Position numbers and translations under genes: made by a program
Shown here: one piece after another, positions 27,236 to 41,370 of the stretch
Layout: the number at the start of each line of letters is the position of its first letter
Numbering within the stretch: the stretch's first letter is position 1
Assembly (NCBI RefSeq): GCF_009914755.1
Contig: NC_060925.1
Strand: one strand, 5' to 3'
Origin: the human T2T-CHM13v2.0 reference genome, Homo sapiens
DNA length: 64,000 nucleotides
Notes under the pieces: model-generated
Databases searched by the model: none
What the model was told of the DNA's origin: nothing
Seen by the model: the letters and a program-made list of their open reading frames with translations, nothing else

Positions 27236-28130
27236 AGCTCTGTAGGGTACACGAAAGAGATATGACAAAGTTGGAAAGGTATCTGATTTACATAAAACAT
27301 TATGATGTAGTCATGAAACCAAGGTCAAAATCTTATTTCTTGAAGCTCATAATTTCCCTGAGAGAACTGCCTGAGCAGGATTGTGCTACATCTCATTATA
27401 CCATCATTGTTCATTTAAGGATTTTCTTGATTTGGTGATTACTTATTTAGAGTTCATGATCAATCTTTTTGTTCATGACCATTTATTTCTGTCTTTCGAG
27501 TACCACCTTACATTGGTGAAGATGCACATAAGACATAAGAATGGAACCAGCCTGATTCAATAGGATAGGGTGGTGGGGAGGAAAGGAGGATTGTCCACAT
27601 CCTACACTGCTCTCCTTATACTAGACTCTAGTTCTCACACTTAGAATCCAGTTTGAAGATCACCACGAGTATATATTTGCCTATGGAAGAATAACTGCAT
27701 TATTTGACCTAATTTACACCATTCTTGACACACTTGTACATTGTAAAATTTGAGTGCTCAACTTACATGTATCAGGTGGAGTATTGCAGAATGAGCCTGT
27801 GTTGAATAAAAAGAGCTGAGTTCTGAGAAGTCATCCAAGAATTCATAGGAGGAAAAATCATGGGAGAAAACGTTGAGGGTCAAGTGGTGTTTGCTTTCCT
27901 TCTTGCAGCAGCAAACTACCGATTATTAACATACAACTCGTTAAAATGTTAGAATCCCATTTAACTTATGAAAAAAAACTAGTTTAAGTATTAGAGCTAG
28001 TGTATCCCAAAAGAAGGGATCTCTCAAACTTGAAGTTAGATTCTGCATATGTATCCATATCAGTTAAATATTTTACCACAATTTAGGACCACTTATGAGT
28101 TATTTGGATAGCTTCTCCCTGCATCATATA

Positions 28131-28421
28131 GATCTGCACTATCCAGGGTGGTAGCCATGAGGCTTATGAAGCTGTGGAGCCCCTGAAACACGACTGCTCC
28201 AAATCAAGATGTGCCATCAGCACAAAGTTAACAATTCAAACACCTGTTAAAAATATATGCAACACATCTCCTTAAAACTTTATATTATGGTAACTTAGAT
28301 ATATTTGGATAATATAGATTAAAATTAGTTTCACCTATTTTTTACATTTTTAATGTGGTTACTAGAAAATTTAGAATTCTCTGTGGCTCCCCTAGGATTT
28401 CTACTAGGCAGCACTGGTCTA
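28131..28421. mobile_element. hAT-Charlie MER33/MER3-like element
   Basis: ctgcactatcca...tttttaatgtggttactagaaaattta...ggcagcactggtctag. Confidence 0.6.
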
Positions 28422-31400
28422 GAGTTATCCCTGAGAATATGACAGCTCCAAATACCTTCATCCAAACAAGTCCTCCAGAGTTAAACACACCACAAATTAG
28501 AATTGAGCCAAAAAATTTAGGTGTACCAAATTAGAAAAATGGCTTTACTTGTATATGCATTCACCCTCAAATAGCAGTAAGAACATTAATAAGTGATTCG
28601 TAAATTTTACGTTTCCAAACAACTTTGTAAGATACTAGACCATTCTACAGTTGAAAATTAGGCTTAAGGAAACTTCCCCAAGGAGGAACATTGTTCTTTA
28701 AACAGTGACAGTGTAATTGTTCTATGCTGTTTTCCAACAGGACAAAGTAGACATCAATTCATTCCATAAATATTTCCCAAGAGGCACATTGGGTAAGCCA
28801 AAGTTTGATATTCTGAAAGGCCCTGAAAGAATGTAAGATATCGTGTCTTTGAGGAGCCTAGAATTGAGGCACATGAACGTGTGTGACCACAGGTGCACTT
28901 TCAGAATGGTTTTAAGACCTCAGCAGTTTTGACTTACTTGGTATGTGAACAAAGGACAATAAAAATGATGGAAGCTGCAGCCCACTGGCTGGTAGACAGG
29001 AACTTCACACCAGGGCCCCTCAGTACATTCCACCACAACCATGCCACAGTGGATGGATGGAAAACGATGAAAATTCAGATTTTTACTGATGAAACCCACA
29101 TTATATCCTTATGCATTTTTCAGTTCTCATTCTTGAAATATTACCAGCTTTATGCCAGAGCTTTCCATCAGCTGATTTATAATGTATCTTTATTATTTTA
29201 AAAACTGTTAAACCAGTGGGAAGATTAAAGGCAAACATTTAGTAGCAATTCGTATGATGGAGAGTGCTGAATGCTCACCCAGACCTGGTTGTCCATAATT
29301 TAATAAGAACAAGATCCTTGGAGGGCCGTGCTTGTTATTTCACAGTAAATTCAGAGAATGGTGGCTACCTACTGGGGACCAGCCACAGCGACTGCTATTG
29401 GTCCACTGGGAATATTAAAGCCCAAGAGGAAAAAATGGGTCCAAAAATATCCTTATCAGGGCAGCTGTGTCCCGAACCCTGACCATGAATACTCCTGGCC
29501 CTGAAACTTGCTAATGAGACCCTGGGGATCTCCCCAGCTTACTTCACAAAGGGAAAGGGGAGATATGAGTGGCTCCATAACCACTCAGATTTTACAACCA
29601 TCTTCCAACTCTGGTAGTGTTGATTCATTCACTGTATTTTAAGGATTACCCAGTATAGCAACATTTAAAGAATACTTGGAAAATAAAGGAATCAACTGGA
29701 TTATAGCATGCCCCATGTAATAACTGTCTATGCATAATTCCAAACCTTAGTAAACGTCCAGTTCTATGTATACCTAATAATTAGCACATCTTTCCCAGTC
29801 TTTATAGAGAATATTGCTGTGATTGAATATGAGACGCTCAGCTTGGTTTACACTCACGTTGTTGAGTTTGCTTATATACAGTATTATGAGGTGAATTCTC
29901 TGGCATAATTCATGGACAATGGTTTACTATGCTTTAAGAAGCTTATCACCAAGTTGTTAAATGCTTAACAGTAAGAGAACACACTTGCGGCAGCATCATG
30001 CTTGCCCCAGCATTTAGCACTAGTATCGAAACTCACAATATGGATTTGATTATGAAGAAAATTGAACATAGTGTATATTTTGGCTATTTTGATTTTTCAT
30101 GACCTTTTCTATATAGGTGATTTGTCAAGATTAGTGTCTATAGATTTTTATTAATATTCTTTTGTTCTATTTAGTGCAGCTATTTTGCCCCCGAGTTACA
30201 TACATGTAATTTTAACTTTGATGTTTAGGCCAAAAAGTTGAAATATTTCAGACATTTTCATTCTGTGTGCTGGATTTTTGAAAAAATATTTTCCATCGAG
30301 GTATGTGATTAATATACAATTTAAAATTTTTTAAAATGTAATTTTCTATGCATTTAAAATCTTTGGTCTAGACATTAAAACTATGCAACCATTGGTTTAT
30401 GAGATCAACCATGATAAATCTGTACTTTAAGATCATGCCAGTGAATTCTATCTAATTGGAGTTCTTCAAATAAGCAGGAGTTCCAGTGTGAATGATGAGC
30501 AGGAATGACCTAAGTAACAAGGAGAACTGTTGGAAATGTGGGAACACTGTCATGGGTAACTTAGTTTTCACCCTTGTTGCATGTACAAATTCTGGTATAA
30601 AAAGCGAGTACTAAAAATGAGTGCCAGGTTAGCCTTAAGACTGTGATAGCGACAGTTAGCTTTGGGAATCTCACCCTTTGCTGTCCATTATGTTTTTCTC
30701 TTCAATAGCAGATCCAGCAGCAGGTAGCCAAGTTTTCTACTTTTTCATTTTTGTTGTCGTTCTGTCAGACCCTGCTCTGCATCAAAGATTGGCACAATTC
30801 TTGGTGACCATCTAACTCAGAATACGTTTGAGTGCTAAAAGGCTAAGCTAGACAGGACATGAGGACAACAGGCATAAGAAAGGGAATATCTTGAGAAAAC
30901 AAGGCTAAATGGTGACCCTGACTATAAGACATTTAATTCTCTGTACAATCAGATTCATTATGTTTCCTCCCCAGCAGTATTTTCACATGAAGTGTCACTT
31001 CTAGTTGTGGAAGAAAAGCCATTTTCTAAAGTAAAATCACTTGGGGAATCTTTAGAACGATAGAGAAGTTTTGATTAAGGCCGAGGGATTGTCTTGAAGC
31101 AGACCAAGGGCATGATCACCTTCAGTCTCTACAGAAGTTGAACTGAGTTCTTCCCCTGTCTATTCCTAACCCTTGAAACATTCTTGGCATGTTTAATGTT
31201 CACAATGCTACATGACATGGTTTTTAATCAAAGCTGGCTTTATATTCTATCTTCATCACTGATAAGCTTCTGGACGTCTGGCAAGCCACTCACATTCTTT
31301 TCAGCTTCTGGGAACTTCTAAGTATTAAGTATGCTGCAATGGTTTCTCGGAGCAGGATATGGAGGGTCTTCCTAACTAAACCATTTTTAGAGATGCTTAT

Positions 31401-31759
31401 GAGGTACCTAACAAGGTGGAATACTACGATTTAGATAAGCCCTTTATGAAGATTTTAAAGTTATAGGTGAATATATGTTGCAATGATAAAAACTGTTGGA
31501 ATCATTATGCAGACAGATCTGCATAGAATTCAAGTAATCTGCTACATTCTGATGTACAGAAAAGAGTCCATAACTACTAAGAAACGAGATTGAATTATCT
31601 AAGATTTATATATTAGTACTATCCACAAGTATCTGCAGTTCAAAGTCAGATGTATCAACTTCAACATTCTCCAGTATTTCTCTGGTTTGAACCAAAACTT
31701 TCTAGTAAGTCCAGAATCTATTTAAAGCATCCTGCGATTGATCAGCATCAAGACTGCAA

Positions 31760-31770
31760 ACTTACCTTAC
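31760..31770 (-). promoter_or_regulatory. Predicted splice donor of an upstream non-coding exon of OR2T27
   Basis: Minus strand AAG|GTAAGT (consensus donor) ~4.5 kb upstream of the CDS. Prediction only. Confidence 0.4.
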
Positions 31771-33937
31771 ACAGTATCTTCCCCAAACACGATGATCTGA
31801 ATATTTAGAGAAAAACCTTACAGAACTAAGGTAGTACATGCAATTGTTCAGCATTTCCTTTTATGTAGTAAGTATGGGGAACTAAGAGGCATACATCAGA
31901 CTTTCTAAACTGGAGGTACTCTATATTCTGTATTTCAAACTTGTTTTCTGAACTGAAACAGGAGAGTACAGGCAGGGAGGGTCTATGAATTCAAACAAGA
32001 AGGTACAGTGGATTAGGCGTGGGAATTACATCTTGTTGGCAGAAGGATAAGGGTCAGTCCCTAACTTATTGAGACTTTTTAAAATACAGTGATAGGTGAA
32101 TCGTTTGAAGATCTAGAAATAGAACAGCCTGAATCTGTAAATGCCTAATGTCAGTTGACAGCAGCTGCATTACGAAGGCTGTTAAGAAGATAGAGATCCA
32201 GTGACTTAAATAGGAGAGCTTGCATCATGGTGATGGCTAGTACTCCCATTCAGGAGATACATTGACATCACTGTCTCTGGGGTCCTTGTCCCTAGAGCCT
32301 GCAATTACAGTTCATATAAAATGCGACAAACTCAAGAAAAATGTAACCTCTCAATTTACAAAGTAAACACCCAAGATAAGTCAGGTTGCTGGCAGCTGCA
32401 ACTTAAATTGCTTTTTTCTCTTTTACTTTGTTCACGACATTGTTTTGAAAGTTTCTCTTTTTACACTTCCAACTTTCAGGCATCTCTCTTGAAATAGAAA
32501 TCAATGTTTCTAAGGAAGTATTGTCTTGCAAAAGATACATTTTGGGCCATTCCCCATCACTCAAGTATTAGTATGTAATCATCCTGTCTTTCTTGTAACT
32601 TGTAATACATAAAACTTTCAGCATTGCAAGCATTTAAAAATATTCATTTTACTGATCTCAGTGTATATAAGATCTTTGAGTTACTTCAAGAAGACAGACC
32701 TTTTCTCATCCAGTATTCTCAAAAGGGCCCACAACGATTCCTGGGGGGAGCGGGGAAGGGTGGGGGGGAATTTTAGACCCTGCAGTCTTGTTGTGCTGCA
32801 ATCTATGCCTGCATGATCTTGGCTTTCATGTAATTCATATTTACCTCACTGGTGTTTAAATTAGTGGGGGTTGGAATTCAGGTTTTCTGAGGCTGAAGCT
32901 TAAGCAATCTGGGGTATCTTAAAACAGGCTACAAATCATGATTGCACAGGTATAATATTCTCTTCAGTGAAACTCCAACAAATTACACCTTTAGAAAGCT
33001 GACAAAATACCACAAAAATACACAAACACCCCAACTTAAATCTTAACTGGTTGAACTTACCACTTTTACCATTTTTTCCAACAACTGGCTACATTACTAT
33101 GTACTCTAATATTTTCTATAAGCAAGAAGAGATGATTCAATCCTAGTACGGTTGGTTGAAATTTAAGTTTTTTGGTGGTTTAGAAAATCATTTGGGTCTT
33201 TCCCCTTTGTTTAGGATTGAGGTCCAATCTGAGAAAGCCACTTAAATTACTTTCATATATGACCTGCCTTAGCTTCCCCAAAAATTGACCTTAGAAAATA
33301 TTTGAAACTGAGAAAAATGATTCAGAGCAGTCTGAAGAATGTGAGCTTTACAAAACGTCTTAGGCTCAGAGACGCGAGCATGAGAATTCAATAACTTCCC
33401 TACCCAGCCCTGCTCACACATGCGCACCTGGGGTTGTTTAAAGGAATTTTATACTTTCCCCCCGGCACCGCCCCCCCGTAGTTTCCAGACTAGCTGATAA
33501 GTTACCTAAAATGTTACAAGTTGTACAATATGACCTTTACCAACCATCTTCATGTTCCCTACAGAGAATAGTGTATAGCTGATCAATAGCTACAAAAGAA
33601 CAATGTCTAGTTGATCAATAGTTTATGTCAGCTTAGAACTTCCCTTTTCCCTTAGAGGCCCCATTATAACTGCTGTTAGTTGGAGCATTTATTTAAGGCT
33701 ACTAGAATCTGTCTCCTCAGATTGCATTTCCCAATCTTGGTCCAAATATACGTGTTAACTTTGCCTCAAGTTTTTTCCTTTAGGTTGATACAACCATCAC
33801 CACCATCCATCTCCAGGACTTTTTCCTCATCCCAAACAAATCTTCTGTACCCATTAAACATTAACTCTATTTTCTCCTTTTCCTCATCTCTGGGGTAAGG
33901 TGTATTCTGTTTCTGTGGATTTTCCTCTTCTAGGTAC

Positions 33938-34405
33938 TGTAGCAAACCTGTACAATTGCTACTTGAGACGGTCACTACCGCAGTTACTGTTACTGCTTGA
34001 GATGCTCATTACAGGACTGAGCGAAGGGAGGGAGGTAGAAGTGGGGGAAAAACACTGTTCGAAGGCTAAGCTCGGGGAAGAAGAGCTCCCAGCTTCTAGT
34101 GAGCAAGGGCAGCCGCCCCAGCTTCTCAGCACTCCGCATGGATCGAGTAGGAGCAGGGAGGAGGACGCACGATTGATCAGCTGCGTGATTGATCGCAGGT
34201 GCACATGGTTGCGATCGGACTTTCCCACGCACCTAATGACACACTCGTGCCTGCGCGTGACGCCCTCCGCTCCACCTCCGCGCGGAAACGCAGTCTCTCA
34301 GTTTGCCAACATTCTGCATTTGTGAGAAGCAGTTTTGCTGCTTACTCGTCCGGCCTCCAGTGGTAAACCGAGCCGATCGCGACCCTCGCCCTTTCGGCCT
34401 CCAAC
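33938..34405 (-). mobile_element. 3' LTR3, CpG-rich
   Basis: Homologous to 36227-36690; preceded on the minus strand by polypurine aaaaaaggg. Confidence 0.85.
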
Positions 34406-36226
34406 CCTTTTTTAAATTATGTCTGTCCCTGTATTATGGGGGTTGAGGTCAGCGGGACTGCGGTCGGCCCTCGGTCCCGAGGGCACCCACACGGTTCATC
34501 TCCTGTAAAGACACAGGCATGTCCTGTCCCCACGTTAGTAACTCTACAAAAGCAAAAAGCTTTCTGGGGCTGCAGCCGGGAGCCAGGCCATTGCCGAGGC
34601 CTCCGCTCCACAAGCTGCGGCGCAGCTTCTGCCTCTTGGCCTAATTGCTGCGGGGTAAAACTTTCCGTTGATAGTGAAAGCAGCTTTTTCTGATGAACAG
34701 AAGGCACAGAGAAAACAAGTTGAGGCTTATCCTTCTCGTGCAACAGTGTAGCAAAAAAACAATCCTTAAACCTTCCATTTGCACTTACACAGGCGGGTCT
34801 GTTAGATGCTGTGGGTTGTGATAGCTTTCTCCCAGCTGTACTTCCAAATGCCTGACCTCCTCGCTTCTTACGTAGAGAAGGGTACAATTTACAGGGGATG
34901 AGCAACAGCTGCGCAATATGTTCTCCTGCTTCAAAACCCAGAGACCTTGGGACATGACCGCTACCTGAATTTCTCCATAAGCCGAAGAACTCCTGGGACT
35001 TCAGTAATGCCCCGCAAGTTAAGATGACTTCTGCCTAAAATTAATCCCACCTATCCTGTTGGCAAAGGTCCCCAAACGCCAGTGTGAGTCAGGTTGCTTT
35101 CCCCCCCAAGGCCGGTTGCTTTCCCCTAAACCCGTTCGTTTGGGAGATCTAATCCTGTGCTTCCTACTGCGTGAGGAGGGGGAGTCAAAGCACCTCCAGA
35201 AACCCCCCTGAAACGGAGTTGCGGCCTGGACTGGGGAAGTCCTTGTTCGAGGTGCCCAGGTCCAGGCCCGCTTCTGGTTTCCCCACGGGGAGTGCCGTTC
35301 TGGTGAAATATAGAGTAGCATTGATTAGCCTAGTGATTTCCCTTATTTCAACGACGGCAAAGTCCTGGCACTTTTTCTGTTGAGAAGAGAACTGTTTTAA
35401 GACCCCTTCTGCCCAGAGGTCTGACTGCATTCTCTTTTGCAACGTCCAATTCTCTACACTTACAACTTTTCCACTCTAGGGCTCAACCCTTGGCTCCTTT
35501 TAGATCTGTCAACTACCAAAATTAGCCGTTGCCTGAATCAACATTATAAAGTAGTGAAGCTCAGTTCCCACATCTTGAAAAACTAAGAAAACCTCCTGAA
35601 CTTTCTGCACACCTCACAGGTGCCACTGCACGTTCCCAATCCACATTTGTAGCCTTAATAAGCCATAGTCAAAGTGAGCATTTCTGTAGCCACAAAAGAT
35701 GCTGCCAGCCAGTTTTCATTCTCCCTTTTGTCTACCACTTTTGATAGGTGCTCTAAGTGGGGCAAAATAGTCTCTCCGGCCCTGAAATAACGGAAAAGGT
35801 ATGTACCAAACTCCAAATGAAAGAAAAAAATAACCAAATTCTTCCCCATGCTACCCTGATTCAAAAACTTCCTGTTCTTCAAACCTCTGGGGCACTGACA
35901 AGTACCTTTTTAGAGCACTAGCCTTATGTTGCTGCTGGCTGACTTGTAATGGGGTTTCTCGTTTGTCTGGCTAGTTTTAGCTTCTGTTCCAGCAGACCTT
36001 CCTCGTTCAAGTCTCTATAGGACCCTGTCTGTCCCTGCAAGTTTCTGCTAGTCTCTGCTAGTCTTTATCTATCCCTATCTGTCCCCATGGTCCCTGTTAG
36101 TTCCTGCAAGTTCCTGTCTTTCTCTACCTATACTCTGTCTTTCTCTCTATCCCTGCTGATCTATTTATCCCTCCAGGCCTCTTCAGGTCTGTACTTGTCC
36201 CTAGATGCCCCTGTTCAGGCAACACT

Positions 36227-36690
36227 TGTGACAGACTTGTACAATTACTACTTGAGACCATCATTACAGGACTGAATGAAGAAATGAACGTAGAAATAGT
36301 AACAAAAGACAGAAGAAAACGGTTTTAAGGAAAGGCTCGCTTAGGGGAAGAAGAGAGATCCCAGCTTCTAGTCAGTAAAGGCAGCCGCCCGAACTTCTCA
36401 GCCCTCCGTATTTATTGGGTAGAAAGAGCAGGGAGGAGGACGTCACGATTGGTCAACTACTTGATTGATTACAGGTTCACATCATTGCTATCAGACTTTC
36501 AGACGTACCTAATAACAAGAAACACTTGTGCCTGGGGCGTGACCGCCCTCAGCATAACCTCTGTGTGGCAAACGCAGTTTGTCAGTTTGCCAACATTCTG
36601 CATTTATGAGAAGCAGTTTTGCTGCTTACTCACCCAGCCTCCAGTGGGGTACTCAGTTGATCACGACCCTCACTCTTTCGGCCTCCAACA
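36227..36690 (-). mobile_element. 5' LTR3
   Basis: TG...CA termini; followed on the minus strand by the PBS-like sequence. Confidence 0.85.
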
Positions 36691-39600
36691 GGGTACCTCA
36701 AATGAGTAGAATCATACAATATCTGCCTTTATACTTACTTCACTTCATTTTCAGGGTTCATCCATGTGGCAGTAAATATCAGAGTTTCATTCCTTTTGAA
36801 GGCGGAATAGTATCACATTGCTTGTATATATCACATTTTGCTCATTTATTTGTCTATTGATGGACACAACATTTTGGCTACCGTAAATAATGGAGCTATG
36901 AACATTGTTGTACAATTTTCTGAGTTCATGATTTTAATTCTTTTAAATTTCAAAAATAATTTTGAAATTCTTTTGAATGGTATCTTCAATAAGTTGAGAC
37001 ACATACATTTGTTGTGTAAGTCACTGAGATTTTGGGGTGTTGTAAGTAAGTCCTATGAAGGACTCAGTGTGAGCAGACTGGTGCACTGTTCTCCCTTTTC
37101 ATGGATGCATAGGAATATGGTCAGGGCTAGAATGACAACACACTGGCTATTTACCTTGAAAGACTTTAACATAATAATAAAGGGAGTTTAAAAAGGAACT
37201 GATTGTTTGAGATACTGAAGAAATAGAAATAGATTCAGAGATTAATGAAGATAGATACTTAGAGCCAGAACTACAGTTAGAAACAGAGATATAGATTCAA
37301 TGTTCTCTCTCTCCCAAGATAGACAGATAGCTAGATAGATAGCCGGAGGATATGAATACAATTTGGCAAGCTGATTCTTAAAAAGATGATCAAAGAGCCA
37401 AGAATAGCAGCCAAGATAATGTTAAATAAGAACAACGCAGATAAATGGTCATGCCAGAAATTCAGACTTACTTTCAAGTTAAACCGTTAAACAGTATACA
37501 ACTCACACATCACAAGACAAACCAAAAAAAAAAAAAAGAATAAAGAGTTCAGAAATAGGTCCATGCATCTACAGAAATTTTATGAAACCTTATTTCATCT
37601 GACAAATGTTTGTTGAATTTATACTATGTACAGCCATCTATTGAACTATTAAGACCCTTGGGATATATTTGTTTGCAAAATAGGTGCCTGTCCTCATGAA
37701 GCTGCCCATGTAGCCCAGAGGCAGTGAACAATAACAAACAGAAGAAAGAAGTTAACTATATAGTCTGTCAATGTCAAATGGTATAGAGAAAGGGAAAAAG
37801 TAGATTAAGAGAGAGAAAGAATTGCCGAAGCTGTGGTAACGTTTGTTGCTTTTTACAATGTCATCGATAGTACAGATCTCTTTGGAAGGATAACATTCAT
37901 GCAGTCTTGAGGACATAAAGAATTTAGCCCTGAAGAGAGTGTTGGGGTGGGAGGGATCCCAAGTGGAGAAAAAAAAAAAAAACTGGTGGGACAGGCCTGA
38001 GGTGAGAGTGTACATGGCTTATTCAAAGAATGACAAGAAGGCCAGGATGGCTGGAGCAGTGAGGGAAACAGTGGCACAAGCAGACATCTAAGAGGTAATG
38101 GGGCAGAGGAGCATGTAAAAGGGCCCTGTAGAGCTTCCTGTAAGAATTTTAGATTTTACTCCCAATAAACAGTGAGCGACAGTGGGGTTTTAATCACCAA
38201 AGTGGCATGATCTGACGTTTCTTCAACTGTTGCTTTAGAAATAACCCTTAGAGGATTTAGGTAAAGCAGGAACATATTGTAGAAATGGTTGGAACCTAGA
38301 TGTCTTCTGAAGGTAGAGCCAACAGGATTCCTTTACTAGTTGGATATCTGATTCAAGGGAAAGAGAAGCACCAGGGGCAACTCTAAGGGCTTGGATTGAG
38401 CAACTGAAATTGTGGACCTCCTACCACTGGGCCTAAGGAAAGACGCAGTTGCAGGAAGTTTAGGGTGGGAAGACAGAGGCACAGATCAGTTTGGTGAATG
38501 CCAAGTTTGCTTTGAACTGCAGTCATTAATACATAGATATTATTATATAGATACATGTTTATAGCTAAGAACCCCAATGAGCTTAACAGAGAAAAGGTAC
38601 AGGAAAAAAAAGAAGAGGACCCATAACTGAGCTAGGAGCCCTCCAGTATTAAGAAGTGAGCCTGGAGAAATGACACAAGGAGAAAAAAAATTAAAAGGAA
38701 AAACAAAACAATGAGTTAGGAAAAGCCATCAGTATGGTGTACTTGAAGACAGATGAAAATGCAACAAAACAAAATACACATCTTCAATCGAGGGAACAGA
38801 CAGTTATATCAAAACAAGGAAAAAAACAGACAAACAAAAACTGTGCTGATTGCCCTGAAAGATTTGATTTATCCACATAAAGATCATTGAAATGAGAGGT
38901 AAATATCCTGAATAGAGAGGACAGTGGAGGAATTGGGGAGACCAAGAGCAGGCAAAGCTTTTATGGAATGTGACTATAAAGGAGACAGAGATGTCACTGC
39001 AGATCTGGGAAAAATAAATTTATCAAGTTGTATTGGGAAAATTGTTTGTTCATATGGGGAATGGAAAATTTGCCTAAAGTCACATACCACAGATATGTTT
39101 TAGGCGGGTTAAAAACTAAAAGGTGAAGAAAGAAAAAAAAAAAACTATGAGCTTTTAGAAGATAGGATAATATTTTCTTGACTTCAGGTTATGAACAGAT
39201 TACTTAAGACAAAAAAGGCTAATATAAAGTAAAATATTGGTAATTCAATTTACAAATAAAATTTGAACACTTGGATAGGTCACAAACTAGCAGATGTGTA
39301 ACAAAACTGAAAACAAAATATCCAGCACATGTATAAAAAAATTCTTATGTGTCTATAACAAAAGGCCAAAATTTGATAGCAAATGGGAAAAATACTTGAA
39401 TAGGTACTTTACAAAAGGGAAACTCTAAATGGCTAATAAATCAAAGAAAACTTACTCAACCTCATTATAAGTCAGAAAAATACATACCCATCAATTCTAC
39501 CCATAGGTATATGCACTATATTTTTTGCATTTATATATGAAAACATAAGGACATAAATGTCAATAGCAAAAGCATTCATAATAGCCTGAAGCTGAAAATA

Positions 39601-39813
39601 ACATACATACCAAATAACTATAGAATAAATATATCAATTAAGATATTCAATGACTTTGCATATGCTAAGGAAAATGAGCAAACCATACACGATAATGAGC
39701 TGAATATCACAAAAATTATATTTAGCAAAAAAGTCAAAAAAATATTCAAAGTAACTTCATTTTTAAAGTTCAAAAATAGACAAGAGTAAACTCTGTTGTT
39801 TAGAGATAGATAC

Positions 39814-40197
39814 TGTATTAGTCCGTCCTCGTGCTGCCATAAAGACATACCTGGGACTGGGTAATTTATGGAGAAAAGAGGTTTAATTGACTCACAGTTG
39901 CTTAGGCTTCACAGAAAGCTGGCTGGGGAGGCCCCGGGAAACACACAATCATGGGGGAAGGTGGAGGGGAAGCAGGTACAATATTTACAAGGCTGAGCAG
40001 GAGAGAGAGAGTGAAAGGGGAAGTGCTTCACACTTTCAAGCAACTAGATCTCAGGAGAACTCACTCAGAATCATGAGCACAGCAAGGGGGAAATCCACCC
40101 CAGGATCCAATCACCTCCTACCAGCTACCTCCCTGAACACTGGGAATTACAATTCAACATGAGATTTAGGTGGGGACACAGAGCCAAACCATATTGA
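39814..40197 (-). mobile_element. MST/THE1-type MaLR solo LTR inserted in old L1
   Basis: tgtattagtccg...aaagacatacctgggactgggtaatttat...gagccaaaccatatt. Confidence 0.85.
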
Positions 40198-40877
40198 CAC
40201 ATAAGATGTAAAACTATGAAAATAATAAAGGAAACTAGTCACCTATCAGCTAAATGACAGTACCTGATTCATTCAGGCCAAAATGTGAAAGTATTACTAA
40301 CCACAGGTTCTTGGGCTCCTGTGCAATAGAAATGGACATGAGACCAAGCAAGTTTTCCAGACAAGGCTTTATTAAGGGCTTATGCTCGAACACAAGGGAG
40401 ACAGCACTGGAATGACAGTTCTCTGGCTGGTTCCCCATGGCTAGGTCTTTGCTGTGTTTTAAGATGAGTGACGTGGATAATCATGAGGTATGGGAGGCTC
40501 TTTATACATGTGGAGTGGAGCACAGGATATGCAGGCACAGTGAGAAATTATGTGAACACATACATTGCATGATCAAAAAATGGTAGGTAAGCCCTTCCCT
40601 GGGTGGAGATTTTAGTATTATAATGAAGCAAGGGGTAAAGATCAGTCATTCTTCTGGTCTTAGGCACACGTGAGTGATAAGGTTAACTCCCTTGAATAAG
40701 ATTTATGGTGGAATGCTGCTTATCTTAGTTTCTTCAAGTTATCCATCCAGTGGGTATCGTGCCAGTGGAGGTGGTGGTGCAAGGTCTGGAAGTTGGCAGG
40801 TACGGGAAAAAAATGTGATAGTAGGAGTGGGGGCCAAGCCCTGTCCTTACTGTGTCTCAGAAGTAGGTTATGTGTAT

Positions 40878-41197
40878 TGATACAGTTCAGACACACATTC
40901 TGTCCCTGATATAATGAACTGATACAGTTCACAGACACATTCTATCCCTGATGTAATGAACTGATACAGTTCAGAGACACATTCTATCCCTGATATAATG
41001 AACGGATACAGTTCATAGACACATTCTATCCCTGATATAATGAACGGATACAGTTCAGACACACCTTATATCCCTGATATAATGAACTGATACAGTTCAG
41101 AGACACATTCTATCCCTGATATAATGAATGCATACAGTTCAGACACATTCTATCCCTGATATAATGAACGGATACAGTTCAGACACATTCTATCCCT
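40878..41197. repeat. ~40-42-bp minisatellite, ~8 copies
   Basis: Unit gatacagttcagagacacattctatccctgatataatgaac[t/g]. Confidence 0.93.
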
Positions 41198-41370
41198 CTT
41201 AGTGATGCTAAGCCTAAGAATCTAGGAGTATAGAAACTGTAGCAAAATCCCGTATAAATGGACTGCATAGACCACATGAGCTGTGTTTGGACTTCCCTGT
41301 GAATGAGATGGGTCACACCATAAGATGATAGATAGTATCAAAACTTTGCAAAGTTTATAATTAGTGCTAC

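Larger units (their letters stand above)
33938..36690 (-). mobile_element. Internally deleted HML-6 (HERV-K3, LTR3) provirus
   Basis: Two homologous LTRs (33938-34405, 36227-36690; minus start TGTTGGAGGCCGAAAG). Lys-type PBS gtgttgcctgaacagggg. Target-site duplication aggtac/gggtac. Decayed gag CA/NC, dUTPase (RGGQAFGST) and env tail. Inserted in an L1M 3' end. Confidence 0.85.

Noticed and set aside
34417-35882. Retroviral ORFs as functional genes
   Set aside because: gag, dUTPase and env are fragmented by frameshifts and large deletions.
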